NCBI GenBank assembly: GCA_946965045.2
Contig: OX337228.1
Coordinates: 6,882,001 to 6,946,000 of the forward strand
DNA from: Epithemia pelagica
Lineage: Eukaryota; Protista; Bacillariophyta
Reading direction: 5' to 3'
Length of the DNA stretch: 64,000 nt
A program made the translations under genes and the position numbers. The notes under the pieces are model-generated. The model worked only from the letters and a program-made list of their open reading frames with translations, did not search any database and was not told the DNA's origin. Below, one piece after another: positions 1 through 10,005 of this stretch. Within the stretch, counting starts at the first letter, position 1. Each line of letters begins with the position of its first letter.

Positions 1-1116
1 CGCTTCTCCTCGATCGGGTGGAGGACAACCATCCATGTTGACTGCCCCCGTCACAAACAGAACGCGGCGTACCAAGGCATTCGAAAGTACCTCGTAGACG
101 CGGTCGTCATTTTCCGAAGGTAAAGTCATCATGGCATCCAAAACGGCATACACCACGTTACAGGGAACTTGGAGTTTGCTCACTTTTTCGCTGTTGGGGC
201 CAAGGAAAGACTCTTTGACTATTTCTCCTGTACGAATCTTGGATTGACATTGACTGGCGCCTTGTAAGAGACGCAAAAAGGGCACTCCCAGTTCCGATCC
301 CGAAATCTTTGCCTGACGCACAGCAGGTCCCATGGCACACATCATACGACACGCATACACTGCAGCTCGAGGTTCTCCCCCGAAAAAATGCCACGAGGCA
401 ATGGATGCCAGGGCTTGGGCTCGAGATTTTAACAAATTGCAATGTGTTTCAGTCGTTTCCTCCTCGTTGGTTGATATCATGGGCAACGACAATTCCTCCT
501 CGAGGATTTGGTACGCCTCAGTCCCATTTCCAGCGCGCAAGAGATTTCGTACAATCGCACAACTTTCCAGAGGATTCATGTCATTGCGAAACTGATTTTG
601 ACGATAGGAAATGGCGTCCGTGGCGATTGCATGATTGTTGAGACGCAAGGCCGCCACGGTCAGTCGCGATAACAAGGATCCTTGGGAGCCATTGGCCATA
701 AACGAGTCATTTGTCTTCTCCAACAACAATTTTGCAATTCTCTTGAGTTGAGCTGTATCTCGACTATTTTGGGCTCTCTTAATGGCCGTCAACACCTGCT
801 CCGACGTGGATTCGGCCGTCAATTCCGGAGAATCGACCTTGGAAGTTTGTCTTTTGCGATTGCCGTCTTGTTGCGATGAGGCTTTGGCTTTCCTTGCACG
901 TTCCAAGGCTTTGCGCTCTGGACGAGACAATTTGGTCCGCTTCGGACGAGCCTCGGAATCGTCTTTTTCGACAGAAGTTACAGGATTTGCTGCAGAAAAG
1001 AATCTCCTGACATTATTTGCACCGAGGGTTTGAGGAATGAATTTCACATGGAACGAGAAAGTTTCGTGGAAACAAAAAGCAAGAGGGACGCATAATAGCA
1101 AGGACTTGGAGTTCAT
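1..1116 (-). CDS. engB: Plastid-targeted EngB/YihA-family GTPase, 5' part (copy 1; runs off the left edge of the window)
   Basis: ATG at 1116 (MNSKS...). It is the reverse complement of 48285-49403, whose continuation contains G1 GRSNVGKSS, G2 PGKTQ, G3 DLPG and G4 TKAD. The N-terminus reads as a signal peptide with a TVS-F cleavage motif. Confidence 0.8.
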   Translation of the reverse strand, partial: MNSKSLLLCVPLAFCFHETFSFHVKFIPQTLGANNVRRFFSAANPVTSVEKDDSEARPKRTKLSRPERKALERARKAKASSQQDGNRKRQTSKVDSPELTAESTSEQVLTAIKRAQNSRDTAQLKRIAKLLLEKTNDSFMANGSQGSLLSRLTVAALRLNNHAIATDAISYRQNQFRNDMNPLESCAIVRNLLRAGNGTEAYQILEEELSLPMISTNEEETTETHCNLLKSRAQALASIASWHFFGGEPRAAVYACRMMCAMGPAVRQAKISGSELGVPFLRLLQGASQCQSKIRTGEIVKESFLGPNSEKVSKLQVPCNVVYAVLDAMMTLPSENDDRVYEVLSNALVRRVLFVTGAVNMDGCPPPDRGEA

Positions 1117-1326
1117 GGTTCATTGTCCATCAGGGTGTCTTCTTTTGGTCATACGGATGATGTGATCATGTCTCGTGAATGGATGGCCCTCCGAATCTGC
1201 GACCCAAACGCGGTCACGAAAGACGCAGCAAAGGATGGTGTTGCTATTATTTGCTATGGAAGGAGAGATTTCAATTAGGTGTTAGTCTTTATGAATGGAA
1301 ACGAGGAAGAAGTCGATACATGGTCA

Positions 1327-3306
1327 TCACCACCAATTGAATCCTCCTCCCCCATTGTCGTAGCTACCGTAGTAACTAGAAGGGTCCCACCCGGCAGTTT
1401 CTTCACCTGGTTTGACCCGTGTGGCTGCTTGTTGCTGTTGTTGAGGTGGCGGTGCAGCTTGTTGGGGCTGCTGCTGATGTGATTGTGGTCCGTAGCTCCC
1501 ATACTGATACTGTTGGTTGTTATAGCCCGCACCATATCCTGCTTGTTGATTATATTGTTGTTGTTGTTGTTGTTGTTGATGTGGCTGTGCCATGCTTCCT
1601 TCGGGTTGGAAATTCCCATACAAGGAATTTGGGGCATGCGCGGCGGGACGAGGAGGTTGTGTAGTTCCACTGGTAGTCGATACTGCAGAGGGAGGTAAGG
1701 GTGGTGGCCCTTCCGGTGCAGGCGGCAAGGGTGGAAGGCTTCCATTGGGTGGTAGAGGTGGAAGTTTGTCCCCACCGTCATTTGATGTCGGTTCGTTGGC
1801 TGGCTGGTTGGCCTTTTTGCCATCCAGTTCAGCCATGAAAGAGAGATATTCGGAATCAATCTTTTGTTCACTTCCTTGTTGGTTGGCATCACCGCCAGCA
1901 GGATTGGTAGGGTCCAGATTGCGTCGCGTACAATCGCGTGTGGGATGACTAGTGTCACCACAAATGGCACACTTGATACCTCCCCCCATGGCACCCTTGT
2001 TAAGGAATCGTTTGGGACATTCAAAGGATCGATGTCCTTTCTCACCACAAATTTCGCAAAAGGCATCATTTTCCTTCAATGTACCATTCAAGAGGGCCAA
2101 TTCTCGAAGCTGCTGTTGTTTGTGCACATTCTTTTCATCGTCAATGACGACGAGCATTTGTTCAATCATCTCCGATGCGGCATCCACAGCACGTTGATCA
2201 TCCCCTGAAATTACCACATGCAAGGGTTCATTGTCTCCGTCCATGACTTTACCATCCCGGCGACCACGTGCTCCCTCCTTGACCGATCCCCGACCGCGAA
2301 TGGCAATTTTGCAGCCCGTCTTGGCTTCCAATTCTTTTTGCGTCTTGCCTCGTGGTCCAATAATTAATCCAATAAAATTGTAGTTCGGATGTTCTTCTAC
2401 GGGTACTCGAATCTTTTTGACTCGCCGTCGTACCAATAAGGAAGCCGCCCCCGTTGGTAACACGGGTCCAACGTTGCCCTTGTTGGATAACCGCATGATA
2501 CTTTCCAGCAAGTCTTGACGCTCGGCCGTGTATCGTTCCCTCCAACGGACCGCTCGTGTATTTTTTCGTTTCCCATCAGCACCGTAAACTAGAGACGTGT
2601 AGAAACAAGAAAAAGATGATAAGGTACAAGAAACATGGAATGGACCCTTGTTCGAACCCCAAAAGGCAACACAAAAGTCGATTGTGAGCAAACGATTATA
2701 CTTACTTGGAGGCGGCGAAGGCGATCGATCTCGATGTTCTCGTGGGAGCGCATCGACACGTGCTGCTTCCACTTCTAGATTTTCCAGACGATCGTTCACG
2801 GCACGAAGCTTGGCTTGCATGGTTCGGAGATCCTGTTGTTGTTGCTGCGTCAAGTTGGTGTTGACCGAGGACATGCTGGGCAATACGACACGGGGTGGTT
2901 GTCGTGAGGATGGGACTGGTGGTAGGGGAGCGAATCGTTTGTTCACTGGCGGATCCGACTGGCCATTCGAAGGTTCGGATGCCGCTTTGCCCCATCGCGA
3001 TTTTCGTTTGCGGGGAGCCTTTCCAGCAGTGCCATTGTTATTGGTGTCGCTCTCAATTTTGACGGCAACTCCTCCTGGACGATTTTCTTGTTGTTGCATT
3101 GCCTTGAGATATTCCTTCCGAGTTTCCTTCCATCCTGGCCAATTCAGGACTTCTTTCCACATGGAGGGATACGGACCGTACTTGTCCTGTAGCATTCGTG
3201 TCACCGGGCTGTGGTTGTGGCTGCTGTTGTACCACTCTTTCATTTTCACATGCTCATTTCGCACCGTCACCACAAACTCTGCGGCTTCCTCACTGTCTTG
3301 ACCCAT
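1327..3306 (-). CDS. SF1: Splicing factor 1 / branchpoint-binding protein (intact copy); one 117-nt intron at 2589-2705
   Basis: ULM motif RKRKSRW. Splicing GTAAGT...CTAG restores SPSPPPIYGADGKRKNTR. KH domain (YNFIGLIIGPRGKTQKELE..GCKIAIRGRGS, EPLHVVI), QUA2 (QLRELALLNGTL), two CCHC knuckles (CEICGEKGHRSFEC, CAICGDTSHPTRDC) and a P/Q-rich tail. Confidence 0.95.
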   Translation of the reverse strand: MGQDSEEAAEFVVTVRNEHVKMKEWYNSSHNHSPVTRMLQDKYGPYPSMWKEVLNWPGWKETRKEYLKAMQQQENRPGGVAVKIESDTNNNGTAGKAPRKRKSRWGKAASEPSNGQSDPPVNKRFAPLPPVPSSRQPPRVVLPSMSSVNTNLTQQQQQDLRTMQAKLRAVNDRLENLEVEAARVDALPREHRDRSPSPPPSKYNRLLTIDFCVAFWGSNKGPFHVSCTLSSFSCFYTSLVYGADGKRKNTRAVRWRERYTAERQDLLESIMRLSNKGNVGPVLPTGAASLLVRRRVKKIRVPVEEHPNYNFIGLIIGPRGKTQKELEAKTGCKIAIRGRGSVKEGARGRRDGKVMDGDNEPLHVVISGDDQRAVDAASEMIEQMLVVIDDEKNVHKQQQLRELALLNGTLKENDAFCEICGEKGHRSFECPKRFLNKGAMGGGIKCAICGDTSHPTRDCTRRNLDPTNPAGGDANQQGSEQKIDSEYLSFMAELDGKKANQPANEPTSNDGGDKLPPLPPNGSLPPLPPAPEGPPPLPPSAVSTTSGTTQPPRPAAHAPNSLYGNFQPEGSMAQPHQQQQQQQQYNQQAGYGAGYNNQQYQYGSYGPQSHQQQPQQAAPPPQQQQQAATRVKPGEETAGWDPSSYYGSYDNGGGGFNWW

Positions 3307-3685
3307 TGTGCGTAATGGTTCAAGAACCTATACACTTGGATGATTCAAAAGACCCGTGTCGACCTCTCGTCCAAGCCCTTTGATCGAAAGAACGAAAAAT
3401 CAAAAGTGTGGTGGTGGGAGATGCAGACGTGGGGCGAAAAAATGGGACTGAAAAGGGGATGACACGACACCCCCAAAACAGAATAACTTAAGCGTTCGGT
3501 ATTGAAAATGATTCTAATATCTCTGTGTACAAATTAATATGACCGCTGGAAACTGGATCCGGATCATTGAAATTCCTCCCCACCACACGCAACAACGGAT
3601 CCAGCCAAGACAACAACAACAATCCATTGACATCCTTGCTTTGGAGGAGACTGATTGTCTTGACAGTTGCAGTTCCCTTGAGGCA

Positions 3686-5639
3686 ATGACATCGAAGGCA
3701 GCGGGGGAACAAGGGAATCCAGTAGAAGTGGACGGTGACGACGAAGATGAATTGATTGACGAAGAGCAACTGCAAGAATACACAGAGATGGTGGATAATC
3801 TGGAAGAATTTCCTGTAGGTGCTGTCGCTGCGAGAACGTGAGGGGGTTTGGGTACCTGATTCTTTGTTTGCCTTTTTGTGATTGCATTCAACCCTAAATA
3901 TACAACCACAACAGGATAAGGTCAAGATCAGCAGTCTTTCCATGGTATCGGAAGATTACAGCGAGTCCTTGAGTGCCTCCAAAACCTTGTACAACATCAT
4001 ACGAGATCGAATCCTGCAAACCAAACGCGAAAGACTGTTGCCGCTCGTATATCTCATTGACAGTATCCTGAAGAATGCTAAAGGACATTTTATAAAGATT
4101 GTAGAGGACGATGCCGAGAATTGGCTCGCTTTGGTGTTTCAAAAGCTGCCCGAGGATCAAAAATTAAATCTCAAAAGAGTGTGGAAAACATGGGGCGATC
4201 TCAACTTGTTCGATTCGGAAAAGCTCAAGTCCATGAGTCGATGTTTCGACCGAAGCTCGAATAGTTCCGTTACACAAACGATTAGTACAGAAGTAGCTGG
4301 TATCACTAGAACGGTATGTAATAAGCAAGCAAGTTGTATAGTTGAGACGTCTTGGCATCTTTATGGTCTGCTGTCGCTGAGGGATGGATTGCTCTATCTT
4401 TCGCGTGTCTAATGCTTGTTTGTCTTTTGTTGTTTCTGTTTTCTTTTTCTTCAGAGCGATGGGAGTCTTCTTCTCTCCAAGGCATTGCGAGAGGAAATGC
4501 AGAATCTGTTGGATGACATGCAGAGCGATGTCAATGAGGTGGATAAGATTTCATTGGAGCGGCTTGCCCAGATTAACCCTTCGCTGTTGGCCAAAGTCAA
4601 GAAAACAGCACTCGAAGGGCTGGATCGCACAAGCCATGCAAGCGGCCATGGTCCCGGTAACCAAAGGTCACGACATCGCTCTGGATCTTCCGCTCCGGAG
4701 AACGCGATGGATAGTAATGCGTCTCTTCCCAGTTTCTTAGTCGAAACAAGACCTTATCAGCAGATTGAGAGAGCCCAAGCGTGGACAGAAATCTCATCCA
4801 AGACGAGAGAGTCGGCACCGGGCCTCGTAGACGAGCTACGTCGACAAGTTCAAATATCCGGTGAGACGCAATACACACGCCCCGAGGCCATTTCCATGAC
4901 GCAAAGTTTGGCTGCAGTCTCTGCAATTGCGGATCTTCTTTCAGCCACCTTGGAAAGGATACGAAATGAGTTGGATCAAAAGAACATTGCGTTGCAAATG
5001 GCAGCTGGTGGACAGTCGTTGCCTGGCGCAGGATTACCCGTTATACAAGCGCAGTTAGTTGATCCAAGCAACTTCACCAATGAAGGAGTCAAAAAGAAAA
5101 ACGATTCGGTTGTTTCAATGCTGTATGAGGTTGGTCTTCCTTTCGTGAGCTCATCGGATGGCCGAAGGTTTGCCTCGCAGCTGGAATTGTCCAAGCATTT
5201 GGATAGCCTTTTCAAAAAGAGTCAACTAGAAAAGTCCATTGCCAAGACAGAAGAACGAGGATGGTACGACCTTGACCTTGTATGGGCCAAGCTAGCGAGT
5301 CCAGCTGATATGGACGCAAGCGATGACCCGGCCGCGAATGCGCAGAAAAATGATGATGCTGAGGGTGAAGGAGACGGATATAGTCCGGAAACAAGCACTA
5401 TGCCTGCTGACGAGCTCCGGGACCGCTGTGTTGTATGTGGAATCAACTTTAAAATGTTTTTTGACAACGAGGACGGTCAATACAAATACAGCAACTGTCG
5501 TGAAATCGAACTCATGAATGATGAGATTGCCTTGAACGATTCGGAAAATGTTTTGGTACATGTCACTTGCTGGCGAGGACTCGGATCTCCCGAGTTTCTC
5601 ACCATGGACCAAGCATTGCAAGAAGCAGGTCGATTCTAG
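3686..5639 (+). CDS. PCF11: PCF11-like cleavage/polyadenylation factor (CID plus C-terminal zinc-finger region); exons 3686-3814, 3915-4313, 4455-5639
   Basis: CID motif LLPLVYLIDSILKNA...LKRVWKTW. PCF11-type C-terminus RRF..ELSKHLD..EERGWY and CVVCGINFKMFFDNEDGQYKY..LVHVTC. GT-AG introns keep the frame. Confidence 0.85.
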
Positions 5640-5847
5640 AAATAGGAGGACACGACTAGCTACTCCTAGAAGAGTATATAGGAAGATATATATGATAGAA
5701 AAGACGCCTAGCTCCCTCTGCAGTGTTAAACGTCCACGTGGAAGCCGTGTGCCCTGAATCCATCACACGTTCGATCAAACCACAGAATCCCATTGATGTC
5801 ACGACCGTCGTCACCACATTCCTTGAAGTCAACGAAAAGCTTGAACA

Positions 5848-6354
5848 ATGAGTTTGTTGAGTTTGAGGTTCATCTTCCTTACGCTTGTGGCATGCCTTTG
5901 TGCCTTGAGTAGCTCCTTTTCGCTTTCGCCGCCCATCGACAATGGAGTACTTATGCCGAGAGATGTGCGCTTGAATGGCATGGCACAACCCGAAACACAA
6001 ATAAAGACGAAAGTAAAGGTGGATGTACAGACAAAACAAAAGGTTGAAATCAAGAAGAAGGCTCAAACTGGAGATCCCGTATCAAGAAATGAAGAAGACT
6101 TCCAAGATGCTCCGATGTATAAGCTGTTGCTTTTGTCAGACGACGGATACGATGGAGAACATGTGATCACACGAATGTGCTCCATCGTGGAAGATCTAGA
6201 TGAAGATGCGGCTGCTACAATCTTTCAACAAGCGATGCAAGAAGGCAAGGCCATGTGCGGAAAGTATCCATTTGAGCGTGCCGAACTCTTCAAGGAGCAA
6301 CTGCTTCGGTCGGATCCCATGATATTTGCTGATCTTGAAGAGGAGAATGCTTGA
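5848..6354 (+). CDS. clpS: Plastid-targeted ClpS-like N-degron adaptor
   Basis: Signal peptide with an SSS-F motif. ClpS-like core PMYKLLLLSDDGY..HVITRMCSIV..EDAAATIFQQAMQEGKAMCGKYPFERAELFKEQL. Confidence 0.75.
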   Translation: MSLLSLRFIFLTLVACLCALSSSFSLSPPIDNGVLMPRDVRLNGMAQPETQIKTKVKVDVQTKQKVEIKKKAQTGDPVSRNEEDFQDAPMYKLLLLSDDGYDGEHVITRMCSIVEDLDEDAAATIFQQAMQEGKAMCGKYPFERAELFKEQLLRSDPMIFADLEEENA

Positions 6355-6615
6355 TGAGTTAGTATTCATGCTTTGTTGTTTCATAAAAGGTTTATAGGAG
6401 GTACTTCTATTAGTTTGGCGGATTCTATGTTGGAGGGAAGCTAGGTCACGGGGAGATTATCTCGTAGCTTTAACGGTCGTCACAAACGTTCACGGTGCAA
6501 GTCGATCATCTATGCCCTCTTCCTTCGTATGGTGATCATGACTTTTATAGGTCACGCAGACGGATCGATTCTAAACTAAAGCAAGCAAAGAATGATATCG
6601 CTACAATAGAAGTAT

Positions 6616-9600
6616 CTAGACGGCGGAACGCAAACGACGACGGCCCTTAGATACCATTTGATGGGTACCTTCCATGGATTGTCCGAGAAGTGAATCCGCG
6701 CTTTCCTCGTCCACATGCCCTTTTTCGTCGGTAGTTCCTGGGGCTAATCCCAGGTACTCCATGACATAGTAGGTATAGCCACCCAGAAAGAACACTGAGA
6801 ACATGATACAACCACTGGTCATGGCCTTGAGCTCCGGCTTGAGAGGTGTCCCTTCCCCACTTATCGAATCGTACATGGGAATGCTTTCAACAAGGGCAAA
6901 TGACATTGCCCCTCGGAGCCCAGCGAACCAAAGAACAAATTGCATCTTATGATCAATAATCACACCACCCGAAGAAACGGGAACAGTGCTCTGCCGTGAA
7001 TCTATCGATGACCATGGAGTGATTTGTCTGAGCTTCGTGAACATGTTGGCAAAAAACGATAAGAACGGGATCATCATCCCTCGACTGACACAACATGCCA
7101 GGACAGCCATGATTCCGTGGTTGATGCTCCAATGGTAGCGATGACTGAACAGGAAAAGGCCGAGGTAAGCAAAAATGGCAGTTTCCATTGTCGTAGCAAT
7201 CAACCCCGTAACGAAACCAATATGAGTCCGTGCAGTGGCCGATAGGTGACCTGTGGAAAGAGGTTTCTCCGAAATACGGGCTTCACTATCTTCCAGGTCG
7301 GGGCATCTCTGGCCGACGATATGTATATCCATGATAAAGCCTGTAGAAACGGTCGACACAATACCCGACCATCCAATTCCATCGCAGACATAATACGGTA
7401 GCAAAGCCCAACAAAAGAAGAGCAATACTTCCACCAAGGGTGTCTGACATCCTTGAAACAGCCAGAAATAGGCCGTACCGGCGTAGCCAGCAATGGCACC
7501 CACCATGAGTGATCCAAAAGCCACAACAAAGAAGTGAGACGTTGCTTCCGTGATTGTTTTTTGATCAATGATCATGTGGTCATCGAGAAAGTTCACCAGA
7601 GTTTCAAACAGAACAATGGCAACGCCGTCATTGAGTAAGGATTCTCCAAAGATGAGGACGTAGATGGTATCCTTGTCTGTCATTCCCATGTTGCTGAGCA
7701 CGCTCAGTACGGCAATGGGATCAATACTGGAGATCAGAGCTCCGAAAAGGAGAGATTCGATGTACGGAATGGGTGTACACCAACTGGAACACATACTAGA
7801 TCCTCGGTGAAGGATTTCAGCCGTTATGACTGTTGCGAGCAGGGTTCCAATGGTGGCATACAAAAGAATGGGAACAACATGCCTATTGAATGAAGTCTTG
7901 TCAATGGACAGGGCGGCTTCAAAGATGATGGGTGGTACCATGATCCGCAAAAACCACTGCCCGTCGAAACTTATGTCATGATGCGGAAAGAACATGAGAA
8001 CGTATCCACTTGCGATGCCCACAGCAATACAGCCGGCAGCCTCCGGCAACCAGAGAATTCGAAAATGTCGAATCAGGCTCTTGACCATTCCACAAAGAGC
8101 CATCACGAGCACAATCAAGAACAGACGACGATCGGATATTTGTTCGTCACCGCTTGAATTGCAGTTTTCATGATAGACATTGAGAATCGATGAGCAACAA
8201 GTCCGGGCTTCTACCGAGGAAGGATCGTTGAGCACGGCGGAAACGGCAGCGGCCGTGTTGGACATGGCTTTGGAAGAGACTGCCGCTTCTTGTGCAGCAG
8301 CATTGGTCTGATTGATCAACTTATCTCCTTGTTGAAGGATTAAAACATCCTGGATAACACCATCTCCTGCATGTTTCTTCAAGGTCGGCAAATCAAGATT
8401 GGAACTGACATGCTTTGTGGCATTGCTCGCCAGAACGTTGGACGAAGGGATGGTTTTGTTGGATAGTCCGAATTGAACCAATCTTCGATGATTTGAGGGT
8501 TGTGACATACTGTCACGATCCAACAGCTTTCGTCTCAAGTCTACATACACGAAGGAGTCCCAATCCCTGGATACAATATGCTCGGCATCGTTCCACACCT
8601 TTATAATTTCGTCTTCCACAAACAAAAAGTCATTGGTCTGACCAAACCATAATCTCCAAATGTCATGGAATTTCCGTTGCGTCTGCCACAGCCACAACTC
8701 GATCAAGTTCCAGTAGTAGCTGGATCGAATGTACAAATCATCAGTGTTCTCCTCCGCAAGACCAAGACGCCTTTGATGATACATGCGTTTTTGTTGATTT
8801 TGGTTCTTGATTCGTTTTCGACGGCGATTTTGAAATCGATGTTTAAAGTGAAGCCCATGAGATGACTGTTTGGACACTTGTTGTTGTTGAGGATTCGGTT
8901 CCACTTGATGTTGCTGTGGTCGCTGCTGCTGAGGTTGTTGTTGTTGTGGCGTAGCAGCTGTCGGTTGATCTCCACAGGTTTTATCAAAGGCTTTTTTCAA
9001 ACCTTGGCATTCATCTTTGGCATCCGTCGCGTTAATGACAAAACTCACGACGGATTCCCGACATTGCAGAGCATCGGCCGCACGCAAGGGAAGAAAGGGG
9101 TACAAGGAAGTGGGTAAGGGATCGGCAGCACGGTGAGTGGGCTTGGCATTTGACGCCTCGCCCTGGACAGTTGAGTCCTGTCTCTCGTGATTGTTGGATT
9201 CCTGCATGGTCTTGCTGGTTGTGGTTCCGGTTGCAGTGGATTCCATGGTATAGGATCGAATGCTAATGAGAGGGCTGGGCGAGGAGGGCAATGTGACAAT
9301 GTGATTCCACAAAATCATGACGCCACACACAATACTGGCCAATGCTAGCAGTTGACAATTGCGACGCCGAAGGGGATGACGTCCTGTACCCAGCCCCATC
9401 TTTTTGGGTGCACCGAGAACCACCACCATGGGATCCAGGGCACTGTTACTACTATTACTTGCTTCAGCACCACCAAGATGATCCGATATGGATAAAGTTC
9501 CGGGGCCAAATGCCTGTTGTTTGGACAAAAGGTTGTCACAGTACAATGAGATTAGGCTCATGTCGAAAACTGGGTCGTTCTTGGAACGTAGGTATGGCCC

Positions 9601-9642
9601 AGTGCGTGCGGTGTTGGTGGAAGTCATGCTAGTACTTACCAT
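6616..9642 (-). CDS. Na+/H+ exchanger (CPA1, NHE/NHX family) with a ~500-aa N-terminal extension
   Basis: Family motifs LPEAAGCIAVG, IMVPPIIFEAA, LLFGALISSIDPIAVL, LIFGESLLNDGVAIVLF, SGIVS and WFAGLRGAMSFAL in a multi-TM C-terminal half. Confidence 0.92.
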   Translation of the reverse strand: MVSTSMTSTNTARTGPYLRSKNDPVFDMSLISLYCDNLLSKQQAFGPGTLSISDHLGGAEASNSSNSALDPMVVVLGAPKKMGLGTGRHPLRRRNCQLLALASIVCGVMILWNHIVTLPSSPSPLISIRSYTMESTATGTTTSKTMQESNNHERQDSTVQGEASNAKPTHRAADPLPTSLYPFLPLRAADALQCRESVVSFVINATDAKDECQGLKKAFDKTCGDQPTAATPQQQQPQQQRPQQHQVEPNPQQQQVSKQSSHGLHFKHRFQNRRRKRIKNQNQQKRMYHQRRLGLAEENTDDLYIRSSYYWNLIELWLWQTQRKFHDIWRLWFGQTNDFLFVEDEIIKVWNDAEHIVSRDWDSFVYVDLRRKLLDRDSMSQPSNHRRLVQFGLSNKTIPSSNVLASNATKHVSSNLDLPTLKKHAGDGVIQDVLILQQGDKLINQTNAAAQEAAVSSKAMSNTAAAVSAVLNDPSSVEARTCCSSILNVYHENCNSSGDEQISDRRLFLIVLVMALCGMVKSLIRHFRILWLPEAAGCIAVGIASGYVLMFFPHHDISFDGQWFLRIMVPPIIFEAALSIDKTSFNRHVVPILLYATIGTLLATVITAEILHRGSSMCSSWCTPIPYIESLLFGALISSIDPIAVLSVLSNMGMTDKDTIYVLIFGESLLNDGVAIVLFETLVNFLDDHMIIDQKTITEATSHFFVVAFGSLMVGAIAGYAGTAYFWLFQGCQTPLVEVLLFFCWALLPYYVCDGIGWSGIVSTVSTGFIMDIHIVGQRCPDLEDSEARISEKPLSTGHLSATARTHIGFVTGLIATTMETAIFAYLGLFLFSHRYHWSINHGIMAVLACCVSRGMMIPFLSFFANMFTKLRQITPWSSIDSRQSTVPVSSGGVIIDHKMQFVLWFAGLRGAMSFALVESIPMYDSISGEGTPLKPELKAMTSGCIMFSVFFLGGYTYYVMEYLGLAPGTTDEKGHVDEESADSLLGQSMEGTHQMVSKGRRRLRSAV

Positions 9643-10005
9643 GTGTGATGTTGTGACCCAGTGGGCTGGCTGCTGTTTTGCTGTTGTGATTGTCGTCTAG
9701 GAATCCAATTCTGGAAGAGCTCAATGCGTCCTCTCACTTCTTCAGTTCCAATCGTGTTGGAGATTCAAGGAAGAGTACAATATCGGCAGGTGCAGAGTGC
9801 TGAGGATGGAATGAGACGCAGAATGCGAAATGGTCATGGCGACGGTGGCGGCATCAAGTCTTGCTGCCAAAAACACTCTGGAAGATAAATCTCCTCTAGC
9901 TGTAGCTAATATACATAGCAGAGATAGCTATGTTCCTATATGTCTAATCCAGAAAACTATCCATCTTCTTTTTATCAGCGATGCTAACCAAAAAGTAGTT
10001 TGACC

